A stretch of DNA of 64,000 bases from Octopus vulgaris. Lineage: Eukaryota. The stretch spans positions 99,386,001-99,450,000 of the forward strand of contig OX597823.1 in NCBI GenBank assembly GCA_951406725.2, written 5' to 3'. Below are positions 51,032-63,352 of this stretch, one piece after another. The first letter of the stretch is position 1; each line of letters starts with the position of its first letter. The notes under the pieces were generated by a model. That model did no database searches, was not told where the DNA came from, and worked only from the letters and a program-made list of their open reading frames with translations. The translations under genes and the position numbers were made by a program.

Positions 51032-52140
51032 TCATCATCATCATCATCGTCGTTTAACGTCCGTTCTCCATGCTAGCATGGGTTGGACGGTTCGACCGGG
51101 GTTCTGGGAAGCCAGAAGGCTGCACCAGGCTCCAGTCTAATCTGGCAATGTTTCTACAGCTGGATGCCCTTCCTAACGCCAACCACTCCATGAGTGTAGT
51201 GGGTGCTTTTTACGTGCCACCTGCACAGGTGCCAGGCGGGGCTGGCAACGGCCACGGTCAGATTGGTGTATTTTATGTGCCACCGGCACGGAAGCCAGTC
51301 GAGGCGGTGCTGGCATCGGCCACGAGTCGGATAGTGCTTTTTACGTACCACCAGACCAGGGATCCTGGCTGGTTCAATTCGATTTCGATTTCGCTTGCCC
51401 CAACATGTCTTCACAAGCAAAGGGGGTTGGCATGGGTGCCTGTCGTATGGTCGCATTGGAGTATTTTACGTGCCACGGCCACGAGTCGGATAGTGCTTTT
51501 TACGTACCACCAGACCAGGGATCCTGGCTGGTTCAATTCGATTTCGATTTCGCTTGCCCCAACATGTCTTCACAAGCAAAGGGGGTTGGCATGGGTGCCT
51601 GTCGTATGGTCGCATTGGAGTATTTTACGTGCCACGGCCACGAGTCGGATAGTGCTTTTTACGTACCACCAGGCCAGGGATCCTGGCTGGTTCAATTCGG
51701 TTTCGATTTCGATTTCGCTTGCCCCAACATGTCTTCGCAAGCATGGGGGGTTGGCATGGGTGTCTGTCGTCGGATGAGGTTCTATATCGACTTCGCTTGC
51801 CTCAACCGGTCTTTGTGTCCAAGGGAGGAAAGGCATTCATAAGTGGGCTGGGCTCACTTGTCCTGCCTGGTCTTCTCACGTACAGAATATTTCCAAAGGT
51901 CTCGGTCTCTGGTCATTTCCTCAGTGAGGCCTAAAGTTCGAAGGTCGTGCTTCACCACCTCGTCCCAGGTTTTCCTGGGTCTACCTCTTCCACGGGTTCC
52001 CTCAACTGCTAGGGATTGGCACTTTCTCACACACCTATCTTCATCCATTCTCGCCACATGACCATACCAGCGCAATCGTCTCTCTTGCACACCACAACTG
52101 ATGCTTCTTAGGTACAACATTTCTCTCAAGGTGCTAACGC
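51032..52140 (-). mobile_element. Young 5'-truncated RTE copy between TA tracts
   Basis: Intact C-terminal frame (ERRLRWYGHVARM...GRGRPRKTWDEV, ORF 51854-52129), CpG-rich 3' UTR and (GAT)n tail. Confidence 0.93.
51318..51770. repeat. 159-bp tandem repeat (about 2.8 copies) inside the RTE 3' UTR
   Basis: CACGAGTCGGATAG recurs at 51321, 51480 and 51639. The first two units are essentially identical. Confidence 0.95.
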
Positions 52141-52651
52141 TATATATATATATATACTCTTTTTCTTATATATATATATTATCTGAATTTTATAGCATTA
52201 AGTATCCATCATGGCTGGTCTTACCAATCAGTATTGTGCAAAAATACAATGGAGTGTTAAGCAACAATCCAATTATATAATTATGCTCATCAGTGGTAGC
52301 CAACATGGAAGCGAATATGACGACTGCTCTCTATTATCGGAGGTAGATTAGGACAACCGGTCAGCGGCTGCCTTGCAAAAACTGGTGAAACAAAAAAAAG
52401 AAAAAAATGGGCCAGAGAGTTTGGCTAGGAGTTATGCCCCTTGGTTAGGTATATTGTGAAGCCAGCAAGAGTTATCTTGAAGTGGAGAAAGTGTGTTTTA
52501 ATAATGTGGTGCCCCTGCAGGGATGGGGTGTGTGGTATGTGTAGCTGTCTCATATGTATAATTTTTTCTGGTGGGTGTAGGTATATATAGTGCTGTGTTT
52601 GATATATATATATATATATATATACATACATACACACACACACAAACAGAA

Positions 52652-52683
<32 letters not shown>

Positions 52684-53164
52684 GCACACACACACATGTA
52701 TAAGAAAATATATAAAGGATAGAAAAATAAGAGAAATTTTCTACCTGTGGCTAGCATGCATAAAATAGTCAATAGACAACATATTTTTCATATAAAATTA
52801 GTTTACATTCATACACTAAAGAGGTGACCCTAACAAGACACCTTACATGCTAAAAGGAGCAGTCAAAGCCCAAACCACAGTTAAGCGTAATTTTGAAGGG
52901 GATGAAATATAAAAACATTTTCAATAGTTACCACATGTATCTAGGTTTTGAACATCAATGAACAAATAAAATGATTTGCTATCTGTGTTCTCTTCAGCAC
53001 GGGCACTACGATTAATGTATGATTATGGGACAAAAAGACAGCACATGTTGGAACATATATTTTTATTTGTTGCTGACTATAACTGTGCTTGCATGGTGGA
53101 TTTGAAAAATTATAATGTATAAAGATGAGACATGTGCTATCTATATATACACATACACATAAAT

Positions 53165-53399
53165 CTTCATCATTATCATCATCGTCATCATCATCTGTTA
53201 ACATCTGTTGTCCATGCAGGCATGGGTTGGATGGTAAGCTGAGGGGCTGCACAGACTCCAGTCTGATTTGGCATGGTTTTTATGGTTGGATGCCATTCCT
53301 AATGCCAAACACACTGAGAGTGTAATGGGTGCTTTTATGTGCCACCAATACAGGTGCCATTTGTGTGACGCCAGTATCTGCCATGACTCTGATTTTACT

Positions 53400-53400
<1 letters not shown>
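53165..53400 (-). mobile_element. RTE 3'-tail fragment
   Basis: (CAT)n...CCATGCAGGCATGGGTTGGA...GGATGCCATTCCTAATGCC. Confidence 0.8.
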
Positions 53401-53434
<34 letters not shown>

Positions 53435-54264
53435 TAAGATGCATATTGATGTGCATTCATTAGGCTCTCATTATCCCCCAAACTCTTTGGGTTGATATAT
53501 TTGTGCTTGCCTAGTATGGTCACAATGATTTTTATCAAATTCATTTTGCTTCCTGACAATTCCCATTGTGTCTTTCATGGTGATGATATTCTTGTAAGTG
53601 TAATATTTTTATTGCTATTTCTGAAGATATCATTTCTATTCTTGGATTTTGAATGATGCTCTTTCAATGATGAAAAATGAATTCAGTTGTTAATCTTTTC
53701 TCAGTGACAGAGGGAATTTCCAAAGGTGAAAAATTTATTCTAAAGTCAAACTGACATTTTAGAAACTTAAGATACGGTTCGAAAATAATTTTGAATATTG
53801 GTAAGGATATTTTAAAAATAATCTCAACATCAGTTTTGGTAAATCTAAAAATTAGAGATCAAACATAATGATGGCTGTTGATGGTAAACATTAGCATCTC
53901 ACACATTTTGCTCTTCTCTTTCTTTCTCTACTCTCTCCGACCATTCCGTATCTGGCCTCCACCTATCTGACCTTCATCTCTTGCCTACAGTGACTCTCAG
54001 GAATCCTTTCAACTCTTGTCTATTGTGCCCTTCCTTAGACTATTGTGTCCACTTTTCCTTACACCTTCTGTCCATACTCACCCCTTACAATAATTGATAG
54101 CCCTAGACTCCCCTTATACAAACCACCCTGTCATCTTTTCAAATCTCTCTCTTTTTCTCAATCCTATTTTTGATCCCTTCTCTTACCCCTGTTCCCTTCC
54201 ATACTCATCCTACTTTTCCTATTACTTATCATTCTCTCTTCTGTTCTCCCTCAGTTACAGGGGC

Positions 54265-54445
54265 CACTTTAGACCACAAAAAAAAAAGCACATTCTGTAA
54301 AGTGGTTGGTGTAAAAAAGAGCATCTGGTCATAGAAACTATGCAGACATTGGTGTTTGGTGCAGTCCTCCAGCTCATCAGACCCTATCAACCTGCCCAAT
54401 CCATGCCAACATGGATTGGACAGATGTCAAATGATGATGATTATG
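54265..54445 (+). mobile_element. RTE 3'-tail fragment
   Basis: AAAAGCAC...GTGGTTGGTG...CCATGCCAACATGG followed by (GAT)n. Confidence 0.7.
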
Positions 54446-57400
54446 AAAATTTGATTTGAACAATTGAAGCCTTTTTGATATGGCAACTGTTCATTGACAG
54501 AATGTTGCAACATAGCAAAGATTGAGCTGAGAAGTGATGAGGAAACTGGAAGAATATTATGGAAAAAATGTACAACTGTTTTGATAAAGGTCAAGAGAGG
54601 GTATGGTTACTGCAACTAAAATGTTTCTTATGTTTTTTCAGCAAACAGAAGGTTCTGTTAGTATGCCTTTTTACTTTTTGTTTCTGTAAATTTTACATTT
54701 CTTTGTTATCTTTTTTTGATGTAGTATCAGGTTTGTAAGTGAAATGGATTTTATTTGGATAATTAGAAGCAATCAAATTAAATAATTTCATTTTCTGATA
54801 TCATCATTAAATAATTTGTCTGTTCCCTCGTGGTTTTGTGTGTGTGTGTGTGTGTTGTGTCTGAATGTTCATGCTGTTTGATTCAAGCCCTTGTCTTATT
54901 AGTTCATTCTCTGCTACTACCATTGTATTGTTTTGTTAGGCAATGTACTTGCTTAGTCTATCTAGTTGGAGAAGAGTTACTGGTGTAATCATAATGCTTA
55001 GAAATAGTATTGAAGTATTAAAAAAATATATTTGCTGTAGCAATTCATGCAAATGCTCAAATTATAGCACCACAAAAAAATTATGCTCAAAGAGAAAAAA
55101 GAAAACAAGTTTTTCATGGAATAGCCGACACAGTTTCAGTGATATAATAGAATCCCTTTAGTTAAACACTTTCAACTCTTCTCTTCATGTCAATAGAATG
55201 GAGATGTGAAGGAATCAATGGGAGATGTTTCTCATAAATTGCATTGATTTGAAATAGAGCAGCAAAATCTTTTATCAAACAAATCCCTACTGTTTTGGGT
55301 GTTATGACAACATGTTGCAACTTGTAATTCCTAAGACAACAATGTTCGGCATTCAATCAAGGTTTTTTTTTTACGAAGGCTGTAAAACTGACCAAATGAT
55401 AAACTTCAACCATGTCTTGCCTATTGGAATATATCTCATGTTAACAGTATAGAATAAATCTTTACTGTGAGCTGCACATAGAGTACCCCTGCACACATTC
55501 CTATTCTACAAGATCACAAGCCCTAGAACACACACACATTTCCCATGCACTCTTTTCCAGAAAACGCCCCCAGAGGCAGTCTTTTGTTACCGAGGGACAT
55601 AATTTTTAACTTAATCTCTACTTTGTTCGTTTTATCATATTTTCCACAGCAGCCACAAACCAGATGTGTCTGTCCACCTCCAACAATAGAAAGCAGGTTT
55701 ACATAATCTGGTTGTTACCTAACACTCTCTTGAACCCCTACTGCAAAATTGATTGATAAGATCATACATAACAGATTTATAATGCGGTACACTTTGATTA
55801 ACATGTGTGTGTGTATGTAGTAGAAAATTAAGCTAAACATCAGAATAAATATTTAGTTTCTTCATACATGACATTAGATCGCAGTAACAGGATGCAATAA
55901 AGTGTTCCCCTGATGGTCTGTTTGTGGTTGGTATCCAAATGCATTTGAAGCACCTAATACTGAGTTCCAAATAGCTGTGATGGTGACATGTATGTTGGAA
56001 CTGTATACTAGTGCTGGTGTTTAACTTAATATTCCACTACAAGTGTTCTGTATATCATAACTAGTAACACTGCAAAGTACTGTAATCGACTAACCACTAT
56101 ACTAGAAGCTGACTCAATTATGATAATCTTTGTGTTGTAGCCATACATCTAACTGAACACATAACACACACGTTTTTTTTATATATAAAACAAAAATTTT
56201 GTTTTTTATAAAAAAAAAATACAAACTAAAAACTGTTTTTGCTTTCTTTGTAATTTTTACTAAAATTTGGACTAAAAATTAGCAGGCAATCAATTAAATA
56301 GCAATTAGATTTAGTAAAATCAGAAATATCTAACCTTTTTGTTGCTGAGTGTTGGTTGGTAGCAGTAGGAAACAATAAATATTTCTACATATATACACTC
56401 ACTACAGTAATTTTGTATTTTATTTTAAATCTGAAGATATTAAATGCAGATAAAATATAATTGAAACAACAAATAAGATTTGCTAAATATACTGAGATAT
56501 GATAGGACAAGAACATTCCAGAAAGTCCACAACTTCAACTGTTTTAACTCGCAATTTGCCAAGACTCAGCAATAAATATTTGTTTTGTTGTGAAGTTTTT
56601 CTTTTTAGATATTGATATAGTTTGAAGATGGTGTTGTTATGTTTTTTGTGATGTTTTGCTTTTATAAATTTTTTTCTATTGTTGGGAACTAACATATATC
56701 ATAAGTTTTTCCCAAAGTACAGAGTTAGTAACTAAAAGAAAGGAGCAGGGGAAACAGTATAAGGAATTGGAATATCAAAAGGCCCTTAAAAAAACAGAAC
56801 AAAACAAAAGCAAAAAATAACATAAGTGGGAGACAAGAAAATAAAAATACATAGGAACAAGAAGTTCTGTAACATGAACTACAGGGTGTGTACATTGAAA
56901 AGTTTGTAAATATTGTTTCCTGTTTGGAAATCCTAAGGGACTCGAGGTTCCCATGAAATTCAAAGATGAATACAGAATACAAGCCTTAGAAAAGTATGTT
57001 TTAATGAAATCATAGTATTAATGCCACATTTGATAAGAGGACAAATGAAAACCTCTTGAAACATAAACAGTTATTTTCTCAAAAACAAAATCTGCATTAT
57101 TCTTAGAAATTTTGTATAAATTTCTTTTTGCATTTTTTGGTCAGTTTCTCACACTTACATAGAAGACTGAATTTGTCAGTAAAATCAGAAACATGCTTTT
57201 TAAATATTCAAACTGAATATTTGTACTGATGGTTTCTCCGTTTAATATCATGCACTCAGCCATAATATTCAATGATGTCTCTCTTTGAATATAAAGCAGC
57301 TCAATGGAGAAATAACACAATAATTGGAGTAAGACTTGTTCTTGTTTCATCTCAGATCATACAGGAACCAGCAAATCTCCAATCAAAATCATTCTAGCTG

Positions 57401-57804
57401 TGACCATCTTTTGTCTTTCTAATGAGATTGCATTATCTTACACTAGCACAAACACTGCCTTCCAGCTGGCTGTCTGCTGGATTGTGTAATACTTATTATC
57501 TTTTTTGTTCATTGTTTCATTTCCTAATGTGAGCCATTTAGGTGCGATTTGTGGGTATTTGGCTGCTATTTATTTGGAAAAGGTAAAATTATGGTTATTG
57601 TGTTTAAGAGAGGTTATGAGCTGTATGGTGTAAAAGGGTGTGGCAGGTTGGAGCAAGGTTGGCAATGTCTCACATTTACATTGTGCAACACCTTGAGCAA
57701 GTTTCTTCCCTAGTCCCGAGCTAACCAAAACCTTATGAATGAATTTGGCAGATGGAAACTGAATAAAGTCCATTGCACATGCACACACACACACACACAC
57801 ACAC

Positions 57805-57841
<37 letters not shown>

Positions 57842-57902
57842 TATGCATATATAGATATATATATATCTATATACATACATATGCACACACACACACACAC
57901 AT

Positions 57903-58270
57903 ATCATCATCATCATTTAACGTCCATTGTCCATGTTGGACGGTTTGACCAGGGCTGGTAAGCTGGAACGCTGCACCAGACCCCAGGTTTTCTACAGCTG
58001 GATGCCCTTCCTAATGCCAACCCATCTGAGAGTGTAATGATTGCTTTTACGTGCAACTGGAATGGGAGCTATTTGTGTGACACCGGTATCTGCCATGACT
58101 GATTTTGCTTGGCTTGATGGGTCTTCTTTTCAAGCATGACATAATACCAAAGGTCTCAGTCATTGCTTCCGTGAAGGTCAACACTTTAAAGGAACTCAGC
58201 CACTTTGCCTTTGTCAAGCCCAATACTCAAAAGGAACTCAGCCACTTTGCCTCTGTGAGGCTCAATGCCA
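57903..58270 (-). mobile_element. RTE 3' fragment with an internal 42-bp tandem duplication
   Basis: Tail and core motifs are present; GGAACTCAGCCACTTTGCCT occurs at 58191 and 58233. Confidence 0.8.
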
Positions 58271-58817
58271 AATAATTGAACTAGCGAGTAGGTTTATGAG
58301 CAGCATGGTAATCTCTGTTTCTGATTGACCTAGGAAGTAATACCTTAACAGTATGGTCAATCTAACCCATGTCAGCAAGGAAAAATAGATGTAAAACTGA
58401 ATTACCCTCCCCCCCACACACACATTAACATTAATGGCATTGTACATACTGAATCTTCTTCATAATCTGTGAAACACAGAAGCCTGTGGCTGATTATTTC
58501 TTGCATCTGGTTTGCATTTGTTGCATTTCTGTAACAGGATATTTTACAGGGTGGAGTTGTTCCACACCCAGCTTAAAACATGGAAGGTTAAGCACTGCTT
58601 TTGGTTTCATCTCAGCCTTGAAACTTGTCTGGCATGGATGGATTCGTCAGGTGTATGAGCCTCACCTTTGGAGCCATAGAAGTACAAAAGCTCTCTCAAT
58701 ATTCCTCTTCTCAGGTCAGACTCTGCTTATATTAGATATCTTAAATAGGATTCCATTAACTTTGTAATATATTATACATACATGCACTCATACACATTAC
58801 ATACATACACACTCATG

Positions 58818-58881
58818 CACATACATACATACATACATACATACATACATACATACATACATACATACATACATACATACA
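58818..58881. repeat. (TACA)n microsatellite
   Basis: Direct inspection. Confidence 0.95.
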
Positions 58882-58899
58882 TCCTGCTGGACTGTTAAT

Positions 58900-59068
58900 C
58901 CCTACATATTTTTTTCTCTCTCTCCATTTTCCCCTCTCATTCCTTTCTGTTAAAGAACATAGGCTTGAAATGTTGAATACTTTTCCATTCTTCCTGACCA
59001 TCAAACTAATACACCTGCTAGTCGTTTCCTCACCTGTCTTCATCATTTGTTTTCTGTCAATTTGAACT
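58900..59068 (+). mobile_element. Penelope-like terminal fragment with a decayed hammerhead-like motif
   Basis: CTTTCTGTTAAAGAACATAGGCTTGAAATGTTG at about 58943-58975 is homologous to 13481-13518. Confidence 0.5.
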
Positions 59069-59069
59069 A

Positions 59070-59540
59070 TATCATCATCATCCTCATCATCATTGTTTAA
59101 CGTCCGTTTTCCATGCTGGCATGGGTTGGACGTTTTGACTGAGGTTTGGAGAGCCAGTAGCTGCACCAGGCTCCAATCTGATCGGCAAAGTTTCTACAGT
59201 TGGATGTCCTCCCTAATGCCATTCACTCTGAGAGTGTAGTGGGTGCTTTTTATGTTTCACTGGCACAGCAGCCAGTCATGCAGGCCTGGCATCAATTACA
59301 TTTGGATGGTGCTTTTATGTGCCACTGGCATGGGAGTCGGTCTGGGGGTACTGGAATTGGCCACGTTCGGTTGGTGCTTATTATGTTCCACTGGCATGGA
59401 AGCCAGTCAGGTGGACCCAGCATCGATCACATTTGGATGGTGCCTTTTACATGCCACTGGCATGGGAGCCAGTCAGGGGGTACTGGCATCAGCATGTTCA
59501 GTGTCAGTACTCCTTGACTGGCTCCCATGCTAGTGGATAC
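59070..59540 (-). mobile_element. RTE 3' UTR fragment with four ~65-bp modules and a terminal inversion
   Basis: Four GTGC(T)nA(T/C)(G/A)T.CCACTGGCA modules; 59505-59537 is inverted relative to 59454-59488. Confidence 0.85.
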
Positions 59541-59829
59541 ATATATATATATATATATACACACACTCACACACCAAATATTCATTTCCAATCTTCCATG
59601 AAAACATGTCTGGCCATGAGGAAATGTTACCTTAGTTGAAAGCAAGTGAGAGTTGGCGACAAGGAGATTTTCTAAAGCTGGATGCCTTCATCCAGCTTTA
59701 GAAAATCCCCTTGAACAAATTCCATCTGAACTCTGCAGACGTAATGGTGATAATGTATATCCTCTCTTTAACTCTTGTTCTTGAAACAATTATTTGAGCA
59801 ACAAATCTATTTATTCAGATATAAATGAA

Positions 59830-59975
59830 GGCATGACTATGTGGTTAAGCAGTTTAGCCACAAGATTCTGGGTTCAATTTCACTGCTCAGTACTGTCAGC
59901 AAATGTCTTCTATTATAGTAACGGTTCAGCAGAAACTTTCTGAGTGAAATTTCATTGACAGAAATTGTACAGAGG
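59830..59975 (+). mobile_element. SINE family A degenerate head
   Basis: GGCATGACTATGTGGTTAAG...TTCTGGGTTCAATTTCACTG...CAAATGTCTTCTATTATAG. Confidence 0.55.
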
Positions 59976-60065
59976 TTTGTGTAAATTTAATATAAACACA
60001 CACACATGCACACATGTAGACACAGACACACACAGACACACATAGACACACACACACACACATGA

Positions 60066-61930
60066 AGAGTTAGTGAGAGCTATACAAACTGTGTACAGGG
60101 ATGCTGTCAGTAAGGTGAAAGTCAGCAATGCGTATAACAAGGAATTAAGTGTGCATGCCAGAGTTCACCAAGGATCAGTTCTCAGCACCCTGTTGTTTAT
60201 CATAGTCCTCCAGGAATTTAAGACTGGCTGCTTTTGGAAGCTCCACTATGCTGATGACCTTGCTTTCATAGCTGAATCACTACCTCAACTAGAGGAGAAA
60301 TTTCTGGTGTGGAAGCAAGGTCAGGAACCAAAAGACCTAAGAGTTAATTTAGCAAAAACCAAAGTATTAAGTAAGCAAGAAAGCAGTCAAATTACTAATC
60401 CCTTCTGGGAAATGACCCTGCTTAATATGTAGAAAAGGTGTATGTAGAAATACCATACAGTGTACCTAGTGCAAGCTATGGACACATAAGAGGTGCAATG
60501 GAATAACAGGAAGGTTAACAGAGAGAGTAATCTTTGTGTGTGGCAGATGTGTAGGTCCATTAAACAATCAGAATAAACAGGAAATAGACTACCTCGAATG
60601 TCTGGGGTGGATTCTGGGAAGTAGTAGATAGTTTCTGTTACTTAGCTGACCAAGTTAGCATTGTAGGGGATAGTTCTGAAGCATGCCTACTAGAATAAGA
60701 ATGGGCTGGGCAAAGTTCAGAGAATTATTACTTTTGTTGGTAACAAAGGGCCTCTCCCTCAAAGTGAAAGGCAAATTGTATGATGCCTGTATACAAACGG
60801 CTATACTTCATGGCAGTGAGATATGGGCTGTGACTATTGAGGACATGTGAAGTGTGAAAAAAATGAAGCCAGCATACTCCACTGGATGTGCAATGTCAGT
60901 GTGCATGTATGAGGAAGAGTGTCTTAAGAGGAAAATTGGGTATAAGAGGCATCAGATGTAGTGTGAAGACTGTGCTGATTTGGTCATGTGATGTGTATGG
61001 ATGAGGACAGCTGCATAAAGAAGTGCCAATCTCTAATTGTAGAGGGAACATGTGAAAGAGGAAGATCCTGGAAGACATGGGATGGAGCGGTGAGAAAGAA
61101 CCTTCAGACTTTGAGCCTCACAGAGGAGATGATAAAGGTCTGAGATTTCTGGTGGTTTGTTGTGCTTGAGAAAACCTGTGAAGCTAAGTGAAAATGTGGC
61201 TGTACATTTAGGCAGGTTCTTTACAACCATGCTCTCCCCAACACAATCTGTCCTATGTCAAAACTCCCCCCACAACCTCCCTACCCCCACCGATGATCAC
61301 CACCCACTACAGACCCCTCCACCCACCCTCCTGTGCCCACCCACACTCTCTCCATGCCCTTACATACCTACCACACCCCAACCAGTCACTGCAATTCCTC
61401 TCCTCATCATGTGCCATCTTCACCTCTTCCCCATTTCTAATCATCTCCTTTCCACCCCTCTACCACTTGTATTCCCCGTCCCCCTCTACTGTGTAGCTAT
61501 GTTCCAGTGCATCACCAACACCATCTTTCCCCCCACTCTCTCTCTCTAACTCTGTCTCTCCTTTCTTTTCCTACTGGGGTAGCCATATATCTCTTCAATA
61601 GTAAGAGGCCCCTCTATTGTTCTTTAACCTCTCAACCAGCACAAAACCACCTCCCTCAGTACCACTCTCTCTCCCAGCTCAGGAGTCTTTGTGTTGTAAG
61701 TTGCTTGGCAACCCAGCTGATGCTGGTACCACATAAAAAGTGCCAAGTCCACTCTGTAAAATGGTTGGCATTAGGAAGTGTATCCAGTCAAAGAAACCAT
61801 GCCAAGGCAGAGAAGGGAGCCTGGCGCAGCTCTCTGGACTGCCAGCTCCTGTCAATCGATCCAACCCATGCCAACATGGAAAACAGATGTTAAATAATGA
61901 TGGCGATAATGATGATGGTGATGATGGTGA
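60066..61930 (+). mobile_element. 5'-truncated, degenerate RTE copy with a C-rich 3' UTR variant
   Basis: VRAIQTVYRDA...HQGSVLS...YADD...finger remnant (about 60412-60550), C-terminus, C-rich UTR, core and GAT tail. Confidence 0.88.
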
Positions 61931-61947
61931 TTATATATATATATATA

Positions 61948-62314
61948 TATAATATATTGTGAAATAATATCAGGAAATTAATATCAGAAAAATTCTTCAG
62001 AAAGATATATACATGTGTAGAATAATTATTGTATTAAAAATATAAATATATATAAAAAATATATGTAAATATGTATAAATATAAATATATAATAATAGAG
62101 ACAATACTTTTGCGAAACGATCGTAAAGTGCTTTAAAAACTTAATTTTAAACTGTCATATTTATTATTATTATATATTTATACTTATACATATTTACATA
62201 TATTTTTATATATATTTATATTTTTTACTACAATAATTATTCTACACATATATATATCTTTCTGAAGAATTGTTCTGATATTAATTTCCTGATATTATTT
62301 CACAATATATTATA
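61948..62314. mobile_element. AT-rich fold-back with ~150-bp inverted arms (PLE-like relic)
   Basis: Arms 61948-62097 and 62165-62314 are near reverse complements. The spacer contains GCGAAACGATCGTA. Confidence 0.75.
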
Positions 62315-63010
62315 GATAATAGCTTGTATTAAATATATAAATACTTTAATAGTATTAATACTTTGATACAAAAGAGCACTAACTGTAAATTCAGTATAGA
62401 ATATTCTTATAGAATATATTTAACTAAAGATTTATATATATATGTATATGTGTGATATGCTATGATATATGCGTGTAAATATAGAATTGAAATAGCTGAA
62501 AAAGTTATGTTTTAAAATAGTTGGGTCCATAAGCTTCCCTGTTCCAATCTGATGCAGATATTTCATCTCTTCTGGAGAGAGAGCACCTTATTTGGCATTA
62601 CCTCTGTTCATTTAGTTGTTGGAAACAGGAACCAAATAATTTGGAAACGTTTCCTCAGCTACATTGACATTCAGTGCAAGAGAGAATTCTCTTGATTTAT
62701 TTAATGACATGCAACTGCAATTAAGAACTGAATTGCATAAAATCTTCAGAATTTAGAAGACATTTTATATTTTATGAATGCATATGTAAATATTAGCGGA
62801 TAGATATCAATTAAAATGAAGTTCAGAGAAAATCAGAAGAGATGAGGCTACTGATCAACACATGTTATTCTGGTAACACTTTGCTTCGAAAAAATGTAGA
62901 AAGTTACTTTTAATGACCAGGAAATATATATTAAGAAGAAGTTTTCCAATTGATATAGAATGATAAGAAAGTAAAACATACCTCAAGAATAATATATAAT
63001 TTGATATATA

Positions 63011-63352
63011 CTGTATTTGATTGACTATAAGATGCACCTTTTTTTTTTACCCCAAAATGGCTTAAATATCCTCCCTGCGTCCAATCACTCAATGTAGGCT
63101 CAAAACTCACTCAAAACAGTATGTATGTTTACAAAATGTGTGCTGCCATCTATTGGTGAACAATCGCCTACAGTATGTTTATATCAAATGTGGATGCAAT
63201 AAATTGCTTATAATTACTGGTAATAACATAAAGTTATACAGGGAAGTGGAGGAATTAAAACATTATTTTAGTGGTAATTTATTTTACAAAAGTATAGCCT
63301 AGGCCAGGGTGCACCCTATGCATTTGTGCATCTTATAGGTCATCAATTATGG
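63011..63352. mobile_element. Tc1/mariner-superfamily (Tc2/pogo-like) MITE with TA TSD
   Basis: TA-CTGTATTTGATTGACTATAAGATGCAC ... GTGCATCTTATAGGTCATCAATTATGG-TA: imperfect TIRs with a subterminal repeat. Confidence 0.75.

Noticed and set aside
51070-51842. 235-aa and 145-aa repetitive ORFs as real proteins
   Set aside because: They are antisense to an RTE 3' UTR, and the peptide repeats come from the 159-bp tandem duplication.
52255-52300. Minus-strand CTGATGA as a hammerhead core
   Set aside because: No GAAA, stem III or NUH in register downstream.
58500-58730. Possible antisense RTE 5' UTR or HDV-like ribozyme
   Set aside because: Only a vague resemblance; I could not build the nested double pseudoknot by eye.
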